Part shown: piece by piece, positions 60,960 to 64,000 of the stretch
How the letters are laid out: every line of letters begins with the position of its first letter
How positions within the stretch are numbered: the stretch's first letter is position 1
Source of the DNA: Pelomyxa schiedti
Taxonomy: Eukaryota > Protista > Evosea
DNA length: 64,000 bases
Assembly: GCA_020536535.1 (NCBI GenBank)
Contig: JAHLWZ010000823.1
Span: 44,331-108,330, forward strand
Direction of reading: 5' to 3'
Program-made: the position numbers and the translations under genes
The notes under the pieces: model-generated
Seen by the model: only the letters and a program-made list of their open reading frames with translations
What the model was told of the DNA's origin: nothing
Databases searched by the model: none

Positions 60960-63764
60960 TCAGTGATACATGGCTTCTATCTGAGAAGCATAACGAGCCT
61001 TCAGCACTCCTCTCTTTAGCTTGAGAACTGCAGTTAGAAGTCCACTGTCAGGGGTCCAGTCATCAGTAATCAGACAAACCCTTTTGGTCTGTTGGTTCTT
61101 GGGAATCTGTAGAACATGTGGTTTGTGAGTTTGATTAGATGAGCAATGAGGTTGGGAAGTGATACTCACATGACCCTCGGTTGCAGTATGATCCAGGGAT
61201 TCCTGAACTGCTTGAATCAATTTGGGGTCAGAACAGGCAGCTTTCAGCTCATCTTGGTTCTGTGTACCATTGTTAAGGGTGGCAGTACTGGGGAAAAGAA
61301 AGAAACCTGGAACTTCTTGTGTAAAAATCCTTCAACTCGCTGCTTGTTCACATTTACAAAAGCAACTGCAAAGTCACGAGTACTGTCCGCATACAGCCAG
61401 AAAAAGTCAACGTAGGAGTTGCGGGAGTAAACAGATTCTATCTTCTCCAACCTTCAGTATTTCTTATTTATAGGAACCAAAGAAGCGCCAACATACGGCA
61501 GGTACTCTCCATGTGAAAGTTTTACAACATTTTTCTTTCTATCAATGATTTCTAGTGTGCCATCTGGATGCCACTATTTTTTTCTTGTAAGCACTTGGGA
61601 TGTTATGAACTGGGCCAAATACCCTTCCAATGTCGCCTGTAGAAAGGAAGCCATCAGCCCCAAATGCCTCAGCTCTGTAGAACGGAATTAAAAATTGCAG
61701 TTTTTGAATGGAGAGACAGCTCACGTTTCATCTGGCATTTTCCAATAACCCTTTGCCAATGTATGGCCTCTGAAGCACACCTCACCGCAAGGATATGGCT
61801 TTGATTTGCTTGTGTAGTCCAACTCTGGCACATCCTTCAGCCTGACCTCTTTTTTTCCACATTAGACCTCAGAAAGGAGAAAGGAACAGCACACCTCCAA
61901 CACAAATAGGGGGCCCGGACCTCCCGAAAGTACATTCATAAGCTCCTTGAACAGCTATCAGTGCAGAAGTTTCTGTCATTCCATATCCAACAACGACGGG
62001 GCAAGAGAAGATTGCCGTTAGGAACCTCTGTGTGCCTTTGCTCAAAGTGGCGCCTCCTGCAGCAATTACCCGAAAACGCCCTCCAAATGCTAAAGCAACT
62101 TTGCGGAAAATGATGGCATCCAGAAGACTACAGATTAAACGAGCGAGAATAGCATGTCGAAGTCTCCCTAGTTATTGTTCTGTGAAAGGGCGAGAAAAGT
62201 ATGCAGCTGCTTACCCACAAGGTTCATTTTGATGGCAAGAGCCAGATGGAAGAGGATTCGAACTACGATTGACTGCTGCCGGATTTTGTTGTGTATTCCC
62301 TTGCGGATTTTCTCGTACACAGCCGGTACACCACAGATAAAAGTTGGGGCAAGCTCGGCCATGTCACCCTTGCATTCCCACATGTTGTCATCCATGAGTG
62401 TACGGACTGACTGAACCAAAGTTAATCCAAACTTGTACATGCGACAATAGTACATACTGCAAAACCAATGGGAATTTCAGCGCTGATCATACTGAATTCC
62501 GCCATAATCTCAAAGATATGTGCGGATGGCAAATATGCAATGTACGCCTCTTCTTCGAATTTTGGTAAGACACACTGGTGACGGGCAGTGGCTGTGGAGG
62601 CAACAATGGCCGAGTGTGTCAATATGACTCCTTTGGGTTGACCCGTGGTTCCACTTGTGTACCTGTTTTGGGAAGCATAAGACAGAACCCACAAAGTTGA
62701 AAATGTGTACATGACAAGGCAGGTATCTTCGGGTCTTGGGGGTACATGCTCGGTAGGACTGCCGCGCCCAAGGATCTCCAGTTCTTCGAAGGAGAGAACT
62801 CTAACACCTCGAGCTTGCAAACGCTCAACCACAGTTTTATCTGCGACTCCTCGGTAAATAACAGCTTCGATTTTCTGTCCTGGGTTGTCCAAAACGTGAA
62901 GCAACTGGAAGGAAGGCAAATGAGTAGAGGGAGAAATGAGGTATTCACGCACATTGGGCAACAAATCGTAATTCGCTAAGAGAACCTTCACTTCAGTTTG
63001 AACAAAAGCAATGGCAATGCCCTGCAGTCCGATATTGGGATAAACTGTTGTTGCAACAATAGACTGTGTGTATGCTGCATTGAGCAATAGAGACCACTCA
63101 ACACAAGTCTCACAGTAAAACCCACAAAAATCTCCGGCCTTGAGTCCAAGAGCGCGCAGGCCACAACCCAAGGCTGAAATTTTCTCAGTTGCTTGGCCAA
63201 ACGTGAGCCAATTGTAGGGCCCTAGGGTGTAGAGCATTTTTAGAGGAGTTACGCTCTGTGACAAGGGAGTGAATGTGATGAAAAAGAAAGTGTGAAGGGT
63301 ATGCACACCACTTCTTTTGTGGACAAGACCTTTCTGAAACCATACATCCGTTTGTTGGCACGTTCTTGCAACTGGTTCCAAACCAGTTCATATAGTGTCC
63401 GTTCACCACATGGCCCATAAGGGGCACATGGAGTTGGCTGCCAAGGAAACTTTAGTAGGGGAAAAAAAAAAACATGCACTAATCACATATCCCAAACTGA
63501 CAGTTACACAAAAAAAAAAGATGATGGGTTTTCAAGGAGAAGAAATACTTTAGGGGATGTTGGTGGTAACGCAAAGGGTCGGGATCCAAGCCCCCCCTTT
63601 CGGTAAATGACCGACCCACAAGAAGTTTTTCTCCTCGTACCAGTATCGTCATAACACCGACTGAGGAGGGTGAGTCCGTGTCCCATAAGTGTGCGAAGGT
63701 AGTCCACGACGATAAGAATAACGCCAATGGCGCCAATGAGTGACAAGACGCAGAGCAGGCCCAT
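60960..63764 (-). CDS. ACSL: Long-chain acyl-CoA synthetase with N-terminal TM segment
   Basis: '[12 protein letters not shown]', '[10 protein letters not shown]', 'GYGMTET', 'TGDIG', '[16 protein letters not shown]' and '[11 protein letters not shown]'. Confidence 0.95.
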
Positions 63765-64000
63765 CTTCTTTGCTGGTTTTTTTTAGTTTTTATGTTCTTT
63801 ATCTGAAAAAAGGGTCGCTGCACGAAGTTCGGCGGCCCTCAACAATGAAAAACAGTTTGAAAGAAGGTGCCCTGATTTTTTTTTCCTAATCCGAGTGTGC
63901 CTACGCGGTTTGGCAGGCAGTGAGTACTCTTAAAATAACTATTCTGCACAAACATCCCGCACAGAGATCAAGTTGATGCACTTTCTGTTGGCGAAAAGTA

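Overview
Gene-dense eukaryotic genomic DNA with about 30 protein-coding genes. Most are split by short (about 40-100 nt) GT-AG introns with degenerate donor sites. The gene style suggests an amoebozoan protist, possibly Pelomyxa-like (inference only). Recognisable genes: RRP7, a CCHC/RS protein, PAK kinase, ARM-2xRING E3, MLF-like, TMC-like channel, FAM172A/Arb2-like, metallophosphoesterase, a GH-A glycosidase with a SUEL lectin insert, APH-like kinase, PRL phosphatase, GH27 alpha-galactosidase, nucleoredoxin, carboxylesterase, HEATR3/Syo1, BTB-BACK-PHR and ACSL. The most unusual feature is a circularly permuted tRNA-Ser(UGA)-like element on the minus strand at about 58012-58215. Its T arm comes before its D arm, a CUUG tetraloop closes the acceptor stem, and it sits in a larger fold that ends at a T6 run. 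Other highlights are two unannotated, strongly base-paired candidate ncRNAs (13585-13802 and 58333-58632), a pseudo-RhoGAP-SH3-Pro-rich-Ras(CaaX) fusion, a class I aldolase that lacks its Schiff-base lysine, a P-loop-defective GTPase, a MITE-like element, and a tandem gene/pseudogene pair with a possible 26-nt intron present in only one copy. All exon structures and RNA pairings were inferred by eye, so gene ends are approximate unless stated.
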